DNA of 64,000 nt from a virus, in IMG/VR virus record IMGVR_UViG_3300035661_000053, positions 1-64,000 of that record; one strand, written 5' to 3'. Positions within the stretch are counted from its first letter, which is position 1. The number at the start of each line of letters is the position of its first letter. Of this stretch, positions 1-9,775 are shown piece after piece. The position numbers and the translations under genes are program-made. The notes below the pieces were generated by a model. It was not told the origin of the DNA. It searched no databases and worked only from the letters and a program-made list of their open reading frames with translations.

Positions 1-127
1 TCGCCGGTACTGCCTCCCTTTTGGGAGGCTTCGCCGGTACTGCCTCCCTTTTGGGAGGCTTCGCCGGTACTGCCTCCCTTTTGGGAGGCTTCGCCGGTAC
101 TGCCTCCCTTTTGGGAGGCTTCGCCGG
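1..127. repeat. Perfect 30-bp tandem repeat (4 copies plus partial) with internal palindrome
   Basis: Unit tcgccggtactgcctcccttttgggaggct; contains GCCTCCC-TTTT-GGGAGGC hairpin; runs off the left edge. Confidence 0.95.
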
Positions 128-145
128 ATGCTCATTATTTATCAT
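2..145 (-). CDS. Possible repeat-encoded protein MINNEH(PAKPPKREAV)n, partial
   Basis: ATG at 145 just downstream of a TATATTTG promoter motif; frame is open through the repeat, but so are the other minus frames. Confidence 0.35.
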   Translation of the reverse strand, partial: MINNEHPAKPPKREAVPAKPPKREAVPAKPPKREAVPAKPPKREAVPA

Positions 146-155
146 TTTCTTACGA

Positions 156-185
156 CAAATATACGAAGATTTATATAAATAAAAA
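156..185 (-). promoter_or_regulatory. FCB-type promoter (TAnnTTTG) with TTTATATAAA upstream
   Basis: Minus strand TTTATATAAA-tctt-CGTATATTTGT, nearly identical to 47916-47940. Confidence 0.6.
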
Positions 186-198
186 ATATTTATCTTCT

Positions 199-429
199 TC
201 ATTGTTTCCTCATTTTCTCATCTTCAATCTCGATAATCGCTCGCAATCCAGCGACAATCTTTCGCGCGGTCTCAATGCCAACATCCTTATAATTACCACC
301 TATCCAAAATCGAACTATGTGCAGTTGAGCCAGATGCTCAATTGTCAAATTTGCGAATGGAACCTTACCTCCTTGCAGGGTTCTCGTTTTCCTCGCCTTG
401 AACGAAAGATAGAATCCGGGAAACATCAT
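199..429 (-). CDS. Hypothetical phage protein
   Basis: 76-aa ORF overlapping the stop of the upstream gene, co-oriented. Confidence 0.55.
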   Translation of the reverse strand: MMFPGFYLSFKARKTRTLQGGKVPFANLTIEHLAQLHIVRFWIGGNYKDVGIETARKIVAGLRAIIEIEDEKMRKQ

Positions 430-959
430 TAGGGTATCACCCTTTCAAGCACGTCCCAAAATTCTATTTCATCGGGGACATTTTCAACTCTGCCATTAGC
501 AATGGTCCTAAGCCTCTCCATTGCAACTTCAATGGCAGTATCCAGAAGTCTTTTCAAGAATGCTTCTGGATTATTAAAGCGATCATGCTCATGTAAATCG
601 GCATACATGTCATCCTTCGTTGTATGCGGTGTTACAAATAATATCAAGCCCTCTAGAGGCGCATTCCTATCCGCGTCTAAGAAGGCCACCGCCGGATGCA
701 TCGACCCACTTACATTAGGTTCGAATATGTATCCAGGGATAGTATCATTGATGAAATTCCTCAACTGCTCTGCTGTGAGATTCCGCCTTATGAATTTTTG
801 GTATATTTTTGGCTCCCTACAGTCCACGGCGTAACCTCTCCAATCTGTCCCTATTTCGTTTTCTTTCATTTCGCCGGCTTCTCTACCCCAATTCTTACGC
901 CTAATTTGGTGGAATTGTTCTTTATTAACACACAAAATAGAATCATAAATAATTTTCAT
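429..959 (-). CDS. Hypothetical phage protein
   Basis: 176-aa ORF, protein-like composition. Confidence 0.7.
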   Translation of the reverse strand: MKIIYDSILCVNKEQFHQIRRKNWGREAGEMKENEIGTDWRGYAVDCREPKIYQKFIRRNLTAEQLRNFINDTIPGYIFEPNVSGSMHPAVAFLDADRNAPLEGLILFVTPHTTKDDMYADLHEHDRFNNPEAFLKRLLDTAIEVAMERLRTIANGRVENVPDEIEFWDVLERVIP

Positions 960-1121
960 ACTCGTACCTTTTTTAATAAATTTTAGATTTTATCACGTCG
1001 AGATTAGAATGAGACTGCCCGCTGGGAACTTTCCCATGTATGAATTTCCTGCACGCATTTTCGGGTAATCCATTGTGCATCCAGCATTTCTCATTAATAA
1101 TTAGCATTATGAATTCTCCCA

Positions 1122-1394
1122 TTATTTAATGTGTAATTCTGAAAGTATTTTTTGGTGCGCTTCTATTGGCTGCTGTAAAGCTATATCAGCAAGACAAGCT
1201 TTACTTTTGCGGTCACGAAGGGGCTCATTTTTCAAGAAATATATAAAGTCAATCTGATCTTTAGGCTCCATGCCCCGGTATCTTTCGAGAAAATGAATGG
1301 GTCTATCCCCATGTAAAATAAAAAGAGATTCGAACATTTCTGCACGTTCCATTGCTCTTTCATCAATGAGTTCTTTTTTTGATTTATTTGCCAT
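1122..1394 (-). CDS. Hypothetical phage protein
   Basis: 90-aa ORF with upstream AAGGA. Confidence 0.7.
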   Translation of the reverse strand: MANKSKKELIDERAMERAEMFESLFILHGDRPIHFLERYRGMEPKDQIDFIYFLKNEPLRDRKSKACLADIALQQPIEAHQKILSELHIK

Positions 1395-1442
1395 TACTTT
1401 TCTATCCTTTTTTTAATATAATTTTCAGGTGAGTTGAGCATC

Positions 1443-2606
1443 TTAAAAATATCTTTTTAATTCGTTTAATTTCCTCTCCTTTTCGGATAACTGAATGTAT
1501 TCAGCTATCATAGCCGTAATATCCTCTGGGTCATAACCAAAAGAACACATAGTCGTACTATGCACCGTGAGGTCACTTTCAGTTATTAATCCAGCTATAA
1601 TCGCATGGAAAGCTTCGAAAGGATATTTTATCCCAGACTTTTTTGCTTCGCATTCACTCCCAAATACTCGCTCTGGGGGGATCAACATCCTCGTTTCGGC
1701 AGTTTGATTCCGCAAATATTTGCGTGCAACATCCTGCCTACAATCGTAAGGTCTTGCGTATACTGATATTGCCCCACAATAATCACGCACTAAGACTTTT
1801 TTCCGCATCCCAATCGCGGCTTTTATTACCGCGGTTGGAAAATCTCTTTTGGAATTACAATTGCAAATATTGTCCCAACCCACTAAGCTTTCACGCTCGT
1901 AAGGCAGGGCATACATTCTATAGTCCACTGCCTCTGTAGGAACTCCCATTTCAAGGGTTTCCGCACGAAGGCAGGAAACGCAAATTATACCATAAGGAAA
2001 TTCATCCTCCTTTCGGTAATTTAGCACTCCGGGAGTTTCTTCTTCTTTTATTGTGCGGTCGCAAACATCGCACTTAAAGGTGCGATTATTCCTCAACTCT
2101 GCCGCCTCGTCGAAGCATGCTTGGCAACAATAATGCTGCTCTTCAGGCTCCATATAGAAGGCGCCCCTATAAACTTGAAAATTCAAACTATTATTTCCTG
2201 CATACTTAATGCCACAGTTGTAGCAAGTGTAAATTCTCATCTTCTTCTTGTGTTCCTTTTTCGTGACCACCCCCGTTACTCTCAATCTGTCCCCCGTATT
2301 CTCATTGTAATTCTCGACCCATTCTTTAGCTAATAAGAACCCCAATAGAGCCGCCTTCTCCTTACGAAGGGACTCTAATACCTTTTGTTGGTATTGTTCA
2401 CCGAACAAGTTTATTTGTTTGGAGTGGACTACTCCTTCGTATGCCTCTCGCCGCATCTCCATTTCCTCGACCTCCTTAAGTGAGTCTTCGCTCAAAAGAG
2501 AAACCGGCAAAAGAATATCTTTGTATAGTTTATATCGATGCCGGGTGCCAGTCGTTTTAATGGACAAGCAAAGAGCTGTATTTTCAGTATAACCCGCGTA
2601 ATTCAT
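1443..2606 (-). CDS. Cys-rich hypothetical protein, probably multi zinc-finger
   Basis: CYNC, YCCQAC, CDVC, CVSC motifs; AAGGAG RBS. Confidence 0.75.
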   Translation of the reverse strand: MNYAGYTENTALCLSIKTTGTRHRYKLYKDILLPVSLLSEDSLKEVEEMEMRREAYEGVVHSKQINLFGEQYQQKVLESLRKEKAALLGFLLAKEWVENYNENTGDRLRVTGVVTKKEHKKKMRIYTCYNCGIKYAGNNSLNFQVYRGAFYMEPEEQHYCCQACFDEAAELRNNRTFKCDVCDRTIKEEETPGVLNYRKEDEFPYGIICVSCLRAETLEMGVPTEAVDYRMYALPYERESLVGWDNICNCNSKRDFPTAVIKAAIGMRKKVLVRDYCGAISVYARPYDCRQDVARKYLRNQTAETRMLIPPERVFGSECEAKKSGIKYPFEAFHAIIAGLITESDLTVHSTTMCSFGYDPEDITAMIAEYIQLSEKERKLNELKRYF

Positions 2607-2907
2607 GATAGGACTCCTTTTATTGTTTGAAAGTTTTTAGTTAACAAAGGAATATAAAGAAAAAAGAAATGAGATGAAATAGAGAAGATAAACAATAATA
2701 CTTTGTATAACCCAGTAATTAAATGCTATATAAAAATGGCTTTCATAGAAGCGTTTTAAGCCTCGAGCTGCCTTTTGGAGCCGTATTTGTACCCCCAGAG
2801 CATTTTAGCCCCAAATTACCCCACTCCTCTGCGTAATAGACCCCATTTACGGGGTATCCAATGTGGGCATTTTGGGCAAATTCTGATATACCAGCTATCC
2901 AAAACGC

Positions 2908-2945
2908 AAAAAGGGCACTCGTACCGAAATACGGGGTGCCCTTTT
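2908..2945. terminator. Intrinsic terminator after the endolysin, possibly bidirectional
   Basis: AAAAAGGGCACTCGTA-CCGAAA-TACGGGGTGCCCTTTT. Confidence 0.85.
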
Positions 2946-2979
2946 AGACTGTTGTTTCTGAACTGTACGGAACTGGGTT

Positions 2980-3678
2980 TTACCTAACGAGCTCAACTGG
3001 CTTAATAGCCGCATCTCCATCGCTGGGTTTTTCCGGAATTAAGTATTTTTTTTCTGCCTGCTCAAGCAGATAATCATAGTCATCTAATCTTGTTGGTGTA
3101 TGCTTATCGTACCCAAGTCCATTGTATCTTATAGCAAATCGTTTGAAATTGTGGGAAATCAAATCAGGAGCCATCCCGGATTTAATAATGAAGTACGTGA
3201 ATGCCTGAAGGTGTCTATCCTCGGATATTTTGAAATCATTCAACATTGCTTCAGCAGAAGGGTATCCTGCCAGGTCATGATTAAAACCCATGACTTGAAA
3301 TTTGCCATAAGAGCAAGATTCTTGTGCTGCATTCTTATCGAGTAAAATTGCTGCTTGTACCTTCTGCCATTGTATTCCCGGGTCCCCGTAATGGCAAGCG
3401 TGTATATCCCAATTCCCTGTCAAGGATAATGGATACGTGAAAGTGAACGGGTATTCTTTTCCATGCGCGTCCTTTTTTGTCTGGGTTATGGTTACTGTCT
3501 TGTCCTTATATTTCCCTCCCGTGAGTCTCCCGAAAACATAAGGCTCAAAAAGTATTTTGAGATCACCATTTTCGAGAAAGCCACTTGACCCAGATTCGAC
3601 TTCAGCAACAGCTTTTATTACGCTTACAGCACAACCAATTTGCTTGGCAGAATCTTGAAATGCTTTTTCCGAGATCAT
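2980..3678 (-). CDS. Endolysin, N-acetylmuramidase family (DUF3380-like)
   Basis: KAVAEVES.G.GF, ILFE, SYGKFQVMGFNH, FAIRYNG motifs. Confidence 0.9.
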   Translation of the reverse strand: MISEKAFQDSAKQIGCAVSVIKAVAEVESGSSGFLENGDLKILFEPYVFGRLTGGKYKDKTVTITQTKKDAHGKEYPFTFTYPLSLTGNWDIHACHYGDPGIQWQKVQAAILLDKNAAQESCSYGKFQVMGFNHDLAGYPSAEAMLNDFKISEDRHLQAFTYFIIKSGMAPDLISHNFKRFAIRYNGLGYDKHTPTRLDDYDYLLEQAEKKYLIPEKPSDGDAAIKPVELVR

Positions 3679-4070
3679 GATGCCACTTCTTCAGCGTTTA
3701 CTTGTGATGCCGGGGGATTCACGATAACATTGTTATTTGTTACCGGGGCTGTAACACGGCGAGTATCGAAATACCCCATGACCATTGTTAGGATTGAGCT
3801 AAAGCCCAAAAGTGTGAGTATTATAATAACCCATGTCTCGGGTATTTCCGGGAGTGCCTTCGTAGCTCCTGCAATAGTACCATAATATTTTATGAAGTGC
3901 CCTATAACAAGGAAAGAACCCACACGCCTGAAAGAACCCTTCCCATCTGGCTCAGAAAGAATACTCTTCAGCCATTCCAACTGTGCAACCAGAAAAGACA
4001 CCACCGCGACAATAATAAGCCACACGTTATTAAAGCGTGTAGCCAACCAGTTATATACTTTCGAGATCAT
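3675..4070 (-). CDS. Putative holin
   Basis: About three hydrophobic segments; GKGSFRR motif; overlaps the endolysin start. Confidence 0.65.
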   Translation of the reverse strand: MISKVYNWLATRFNNVWLIIVAVVSFLVAQLEWLKSILSEPDGKGSFRRVGSFLVIGHFIKYYGTIAGATKALPEIPETWVIIILTLLGFSSILTMVMGYFDTRRVTAPVTNNNVIVNPPASQVNAEEVAS

Positions 4071-4157
4071 ATGTTTACCTTTCTTTTATATAAATAAAGC
4101 CTCATGGATACATGAAGCTTGAGTTTTTCTTTAACGCGGGATACCTTGATAGCCCGC

Positions 4158-4484
4158 TTATCTTACTGTACGTACAGTTTTAGTGAATAATTTCATTGTC
4201 GCGCCAGAAGAGAATCCAGATAGTTTCACAGTACTGACACCTTCAAAGTTCGCGGGGTCGATTACATAGTACTGATTTGCTGTCAATGCCGGGAGGACTA
4301 AAGCCCCGGTAGTATTATTCATGGGGTAGGCATCAGTGCCATCTGTTGAAGCGGATATTGTAACTCCGGCAGAAGCGGTGCCTGTCAAGAGTACGATACC
4401 ACAAAGGAGGTCCTCACCAAGACCCACGTATATGAAATCTTCGCCTGTTTTTACTGTTGCGTTTTTTATATTTTTGAGTGCCAT
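4158..4484 (-). CDS. Hypothetical beta-rich protein, possibly virion-associated
   Basis: 108-aa Gly/Thr-rich ORF; TAAATTTG promoter motif at 4520-4527. Confidence 0.65.
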   Translation of the reverse strand: MALKNIKNATVKTGEDFIYVGLGEDLLCGIVLLTGTASAGVTISASTDGTDAYPMNNTTGALVLPALTANQYYVIDPANFEGVSTVKLSGFSSGATMKLFTKTVRTVR

Positions 4485-4614
4485 TTTGTTGCCTTTATAC
4501 TTTATTGATTATCAATGGTCAAATTTACTTGTTTAAGGGCATCACCAGTAAATCCTGAATGATGACCCTGAAAGTACTTGGTACATCGCGTTGTTCTTCT
4601 ATTACAATTATCCT

Positions 4615-5043
4615 CTATTTTTGTTGTTCGCCTATTTCGGCGCTTTTAGCTTTTCCGTTCTCAACATGTATTTGTGCCCTTACTTCTTCTCGCAAAGCCT
4701 TCACCTCATTCGTGAGTTCATTTCTTTGCGAGTTCGCGAATATAGACGATATTGTGGCAAAAATAATAGCCACGAGAGAAGTCACACCTACGATACGCCA
4801 TACAACAGAATCTCCCTGCTTCTCATTGTCGACTTTAACAGAATCAACCGTGATCAATAAATCCTTTTGTATGCCCTCTTTACCGGTGAAGTACTCATTC
4901 GTCTTTCGAGTGGTATCATTTATTTGTGTTAAAGTTTCGAGAACCTTTGTTAGTACCCTGATGAACTCCGCCTGTTGCTCCATGACAACCTTGAGTTCAA
5001 GAATGTCGTTCTTATCAGTAATTGCCACGGGTTGTTTCGACAT
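4615..5043 (-). CDS. Coiled-coil single-pass membrane protein (holin/antiholin-like)
   Basis: Heptad-like N-terminus, TM segment IVGVTSLVAIIFATISSIF; lies in the lysis region. Confidence 0.6.
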   Translation of the reverse strand: MSKQPVAITDKNDILELKVVMEQQAEFIRVLTKVLETLTQINDTTRKTNEYFTGKEGIQKDLLITVDSVKVDNEKQGDSVVWRIVGVTSLVAIIFATISSIFANSQRNELTNEVKALREEVRAQIHVENGKAKSAEIGEQQK

Positions 5044-6220
5044 GCTTCGTGCTCATTTCTAAAAAATTATTCAAAACACTTCGGAGTTCCTTTGAACTAT
5101 TTGTTATTGCCTCGATGCTTTTAGCCCTGCTATAGTATTCTTCCCTTTCCGTTACATCCTGCATGATAGCTATAATCTTTGTCCCGTTGAAAGGGGACAC
5201 TACACATTCCCAGATTTCGTTTTCTACTTTATACTGGAAAATTCTTTTCCGCCTGTTTTGGCTCACGAAAGTAAAATTGGCTATAAACGTGTCCCGTGTC
5301 TCATCATCAAGTATCGTGGCACCTACATGTTGCCCCAAGAATTCTGAGGGCGCCGCGAAGAAATTCTCGGATTGCTCCGGGTAGCATTTCAAGTACTTTA
5401 AGTCATTATCCAAAATAAAGATGAGCGATTTGTTGGCCTCGATGATGCTTTTCAGCTCGATGCCCATTTCCCGCTGCTTCGTGATGTCCGATTTATAGGC
5501 AATAATATGGGTTACTTTGCCTTCTTCTGAATAAGGAACCGCGGTTAGTTCCTCCCAATACAGGGAGCCATCCTTTCTCTTGTTGCAAATTTCATTTTTC
5601 CATGTGCGACCATTAAGAACAGTCTCCCAGAGATTAGTGTAAAAAGTATCCTCATGCAAACCCGATTTGAAAATCCTTGTATGCGCCCCCAATAGTTCTT
5701 CTTTCGTGTATCCGGTTTGTCTTTCCATTTGCTCATTGACATACACGATGTTGCCTTCAATATCAACAATAGTCACACCCATGGGTATCTTTTCCGAGAC
5801 AACCTGGTATTGTAGCATTTCGGCGAACTTATTCAGAGCCCTCGTTGCATTTATTTGCTCTTTTTTTATCGAGTAATAGCTAACAAGCTCATCCCGATTA
5901 TAGGGCTTCAGAAAGAATTTATCAATGCCCATATCAATAAGCTTTATTAGCAATTCATTATTCGTGCTGGCAGTCATTACCGCGATATTTCGGTCTTTAA
6001 CGTTTTCTTGGATAACACGGATAAGATCAAGACCTGTATGCCCGGCACCCAAATTTATATCCACGAGAAAAAGATTTGGATTTTCGATACCTATTTTATC
6101 AACAGCATCATCGAAACCAGCAGCAACAATAATTTCGCTATCTTTCAGGACTTTCAACAGAATCTTCTTGGTAATCCAAACATGTTCTGGGTTGTCTTCA
6201 ACAATAAGCAGCTTACACAT
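5015..6220 (-). CDS. Receiver (REC) plus PAS/PAC plus PAS protein with no output domain
   Basis: LIVEDN, LVDINLG, MTA, LKP receiver motifs; YVN..TGYTKEELLG..LW..W..NKRKDGSLYW PAS/PAC; likely start MCKLL at 6220. Confidence 0.85.
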   Translation of the reverse strand: MCKLLIVEDNPEHVWITKKILLKVLKDSEIIVAAGFDDAVDKIGIENPNLFLVDINLGAGHTGLDLIRVIQENVKDRNIAVMTASTNNELLIKLIDMGIDKFFLKPYNRDELVSYYSIKKEQINATRALNKFAEMLQYQVVSEKIPMGVTIVDIEGNIVYVNEQMERQTGYTKEELLGAHTRIFKSGLHEDTFYTNLWETVLNGRTWKNEICNKRKDGSLYWEELTAVPYSEEGKVTHIIAYKSDITKQREMGIELKSIIEANKSLIFILDNDLKYLKCYPEQSENFFAAPSEFLGQHVGATILDDETRDTFIANFTFVSQNRRKRIFQYKVENEIWECVVSPFNGTKIIAIMQDVTEREEYYSRAKSIEAITNSSKELRSVLNNFLEMSTKHVETTRGNY

Positions 6221-6662
6221 GTGAGTACCCGTAAAAGATATATCCAGTAATGCCACACAAGAGAAGCTTTACAACCACCGGGGGAATGTGAAGGCGTTCA
6301 AGCTGAACAATTGTCCAATCAGTTATATCCCAATTCCCGTCTACTGAAGGGAGTGCATCGAAATCCCTTCCACGAAAAAAATCTATAAAGAAGTCATTCC
6401 ACAACCAACGTGATACACCAAGATACACGAAGGCAAAGCATAGACCCTTTACCGTGATGCCCGGGTATACCGCGACAATCATAACAACATGCACGATAGC
6501 TTTTTCAAAAATGTCGGCAACATGCCATACACCGATATTCTTTTTGTACAAAACAGGATTCGTAACCGTTGTACTTTCCATTGCGCGAATAAAACCTACA
6601 TCACGATAGGCTTTCACCCCATAAAAAATAATAACCAGAAGTGTCAAGATTGCTATTGTCAT
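6213..6662 (-). CDS. Multi-pass membrane protein
   Basis: Several hydrophobic segments. Confidence 0.65.
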   Translation of the reverse strand: MTIAILTLLVIIFYGVKAYRDVGFIRAMESTTVTNPVLYKKNIGVWHVADIFEKAIVHVVMIVAVYPGITVKGLCFAFVYLGVSRWLWNDFFIDFFRGRDFDALPSVDGNWDITDWTIVQLERLHIPPVVVKLLLCGITGYIFYGYSHV

Positions 6663-7027
6663 CGGTTACCTCGTATGATATATCCAACACAAAAACCCGC
6701 GACACCAAAAGCATAAGGACGGACTTTATCCCAAAAAGTAGGCTCGAGTGCATCAGCCTCCTTTTGCTTGAGAAGGAAGTTATCCTCGAGTAATTTTTGT
6801 TTCTGCTGGAGTAAATCAATCTCCTGATTCTGCTTCGCGATCACGAGATTTTTCAAGCTGTCAGCAGAAAAAAGATACTGGTAGTCCGAATAAATTTTTG
6901 TTATGAATTTAAGTTCTTCTTTGGTTACCTTGACTGAAGAGGAATCCAGCTTAGAAACCGATTGGCCGAAGCTTATAGTAGAAATTGATAAGACTATCAA
7001 TGTCAGTAGTATTACTGATGATTTCAT
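6659..7027 (-). CDS. Putative spanin-like protein
   Basis: Signal peptide MKSSVILL, coiled coil, C-terminal Gly-rich TM; overlaps the upstream gene. Confidence 0.55.
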   Translation of the reverse strand: MKSSVILLTLIVLSISTISFGQSVSKLDSSSVKVTKEELKFITKIYSDYQYLFSADSLKNLVIAKQNQEIDLLQQKQKLLEDNFLLKQKEADALEPTFWDKVRPYAFGVAGFCVGYIIRGNR

Positions 7028-7277
7028 TTCGTTGTTCTTTTTCTTTGTCAATTATTTTAATGGTATTCGTGTAGAAAAATACAGAGTCTCTTTTTCGCGC
7101 GATCAGGCTATCGATAGTTGCCATGTACTGCGTGTTCATTTTCACCTGCTTCTCGATTAAGGAAACACTCGTGGTAATGGACTTCATTGCTTCGTGTTGT
7201 TTGTATGCTAAAAAAATCAATAAAAATGCAACCACGATAATGGCTGCTTTTTCCAAATATTTAACCATACCCTTCAA
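6951..7277 (-). CDS. Putative inner-membrane spanin-like protein
   Basis: N-terminal TM and coiled coil; Rz/Rz1-like overlapping arrangement. Confidence 0.55.
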   Translation of the reverse strand: MKGMVKYLEKAAIIVVAFLLIFLAYKQHEAMKSITTSVSLIEKQVKMNTQYMATIDSLIARKRDSVFFYTNTIKIIDKEKEQRNEIISNTTDIDSLINFYYKLRPIGF

Positions 7278-7327
7278 ACCTTGTTTATTTATTGCTCAAA
7301 AATAACCCTATTCCCCCCTTAAAGCAA

Positions 7328-9775
7328 CTATATCCTTGATGAGTTGAGATCAAAGGTTGAACTGCCCAACCATATAGAACCTTCAGAATAATCCTCGCCC
7401 TCAACAGCAACGAGATGAAAGGTGGCTATCTTGGACCATTTATCCAACCGCAGGGATATGATAATGCATTTAACACCATCAACAAGAATTATAGAAGAAG
7501 GCAGCCAATCAAACATTTCCAGCGTGAGAGTGCAGGAGATTTCGTAATAGACATGCTTTTTCCCGTAAAAAGAAAAATATTTTTCAGCGAATGCCTCTGC
7601 AATAACATTAAGAGCATTCTGTTGGTCCGTTAAAACATTCCCGTCTGAATTATACAAGTATCTACTTGCCCGTATAACAATACCCCCTTTTTTCGTGGGA
7701 CCACTCCCCCCGTATATAATTTTGGGGTCTGATCCCGAGTAAGTACCCAGGTACATACCAATGTCCGTGAGCATTTTTTGGGTAACCAAAACATCTTTAC
7801 TCTTAAGATTGTGGGGTGTAATGTCGGGAAAACTATATGCCACCCCCGCACCATCAAGAGCCACATCAGAAATAACGCCATTCAAATCAGTGAGTGTTAT
7901 ACGCATCCATGTTTTCGCTGTAACCTTAAAAGCGTCTGTTAACTTGTCCCAAAATTCTTTCTTCGTACCACTTATGAAATTTATACCATTTAAAGAGAGA
8001 GAACCAATAGGCGTGTCAGTAGAAAGGTTGTCAATCACGGCTAATTTGAAATTGCCGTCATTCGTGACATACAAATACGCGCCGAAAGTATTCACGACAT
8101 ACTTGAGAGCATCAAAAGGATGCTGAAGGAAAGGTTGTTTCATGATCAACTGATTAAAGTAATCGTATGGTAACCTAAAATCCGCGTCAGTAAGAGCACC
8201 TACCGCGTAAGAAATACTCGCGTCACCCCAAGCATAAGAAATGAGAGACTCGAGTATACCAATCAACCTGAAGGCTTTCACGGCGTCCTCGTAGTAATAC
8301 TTGTTTATATACGCGGAGTCTTGTCTTATTTTTTGTTTTGGCTTTTTTATTTCCACGTACGCGACCTTCAAGTCTTTACCATAAACAGCCTGCACGTAGA
8401 ATTGTTTTGGACTCCCAGCAGGAATTGTGAAAGACATATTTTTCGTGATAATGACATTCGCGGTATAAGTTGTGCCATGAGGGTCAGCACAAAGACTTTC
8501 TATAGCAAGCGTTGTACGCACGCCATTAGCAATATCGACATAGCCATATTCATAAGTGCTATCAGGAAAAGTACTGGCCAAAAGAGTGGTCACCTCGTAG
8601 TCGCCTGGTTCCAGAAATTCAGAGACAAGAGCCTGCATACTGGAGAGATCAACATACTCCTTGTTTCTAAATAGCGTTCCCGGTACGAAGTCCGTTATGG
8701 GTGCATCCTCATAAAGTAACGTATTCGAGCCACCCGCGAAATCGTAGAGCTTCCAGAAGGTCTTTCTACCATTGTATTTATTGAAATAACAACCACGAAC
8801 AACAGTTGAAAGAATATCGGTTCTTTCAGTCGTGTCTGTACCCCCGTTAGCAGTATTGTCATACACGTTTATATCAGTATAATCATACATACGGGGTGTC
8901 CATATTTTCGTGTAGTATATGACCCAATCGGTACCCGTGGGAACTCTTGGGAATACTCTTATTTGTTGCCGCATAACCAATTCATATGCCGCGTTCTCCG
9001 TGCCGTAAATAGCGAGAGAGGATTCCCTTGCCTCCAAAACAAGAAGATAAGTACTTGCATCGTCATCAATCTCGGGGTCACCACAATCAGCGGGAGCCTT
9101 TATAATATCGCCCGCCCTGAAGTAAGTTATTAAATTCTCGTGGACTTTGAAAGTATTCAGATGATTTACCATGTCCTCCAAATGATCAGAACCTTGCGTG
9201 GACCAGTAATAAACAATAGTCTCATAGCTCAAAATGCTCGTACCATCCACATCATCCGTCGCGTATACCGTTATCTTTTTGTCTGTACTTGAAATAGGGC
9301 TCATTTGAATTATAGGATTCGCCTTCAATTCCATGTAGTAGCTATCTCTTAATTCTATCTCCCGGAGCATTGCAATACTACTCAGTTTGTCAAGAATATC
9401 AAAAGAGACAATATTTATGATTTCCCCGGTGGCATCCTTCATCAGGGGATACGTGATAGTCATAAAGTCAAGCACGCCATAAAAAATGTTCTTTTGCGTG
9501 GGTACATCTTCAAAAAGATACCAAATGGATAGTCTGAACAAGTACCTTTTCTTTTCATTAAAGGGCTTCCGCAAACGATCACGAACAATGTCCTCATAAC
9601 GAAATGTAACATTATAAGTATCAAAAGCAACAACCCCAATATCAGCAGGATTATCACTTTCGACTTTTTTACTAATTACACCGTCATTCAAAAGCCACGG
9701 TGTCCAGTCAATCCAATTCGCGTCAACGCCGAATTCCATGAACTCTATTTGATACTTGGGTTTTGGTTCACTCAT
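7328..9775 (-). CDS. Tail tip/baseplate hub-like protein
   Basis: 815 aa directly after the tape measure gene; beta-rich. Confidence 0.65.
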   Translation of the reverse strand: MSEPKPKYQIEFMEFGVDANWIDWTPWLLNDGVISKKVESDNPADIGVVAFDTYNVTFRYEDIVRDRLRKPFNEKKRYLFRLSIWYLFEDVPTQKNIFYGVLDFMTITYPLMKDATGEIINIVSFDILDKLSSIAMLREIELRDSYYMELKANPIIQMSPISSTDKKITVYATDDVDGTSILSYETIVYYWSTQGSDHLEDMVNHLNTFKVHENLITYFRAGDIIKAPADCGDPEIDDDASTYLLVLEARESSLAIYGTENAAYELVMRQQIRVFPRVPTGTDWVIYYTKIWTPRMYDYTDINVYDNTANGGTDTTERTDILSTVVRGCYFNKYNGRKTFWKLYDFAGGSNTLLYEDAPITDFVPGTLFRNKEYVDLSSMQALVSEFLEPGDYEVTTLLASTFPDSTYEYGYVDIANGVRTTLAIESLCADPHGTTYTANVIITKNMSFTIPAGSPKQFYVQAVYGKDLKVAYVEIKKPKQKIRQDSAYINKYYYEDAVKAFRLIGILESLISYAWGDASISYAVGALTDADFRLPYDYFNQLIMKQPFLQHPFDALKYVVNTFGAYLYVTNDGNFKLAVIDNLSTDTPIGSLSLNGINFISGTKKEFWDKLTDAFKVTAKTWMRITLTDLNGVISDVALDGAGVAYSFPDITPHNLKSKDVLVTQKMLTDIGMYLGTYSGSDPKIIYGGSGPTKKGGIVIRASRYLYNSDGNVLTDQQNALNVIAEAFAEKYFSFYGKKHVYYEISCTLTLEMFDWLPSSIILVDGVKCIIISLRLDKWSKIATFHLVAVEGEDYSEGSIWLGSSTFDLNSSRI

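Noticed and set aside
1-127. CRISPR array
   Set aside because: Units abut with no spacers and there is no cas operon; the Cas4-like gene is a typical stand-alone phage nuclease.
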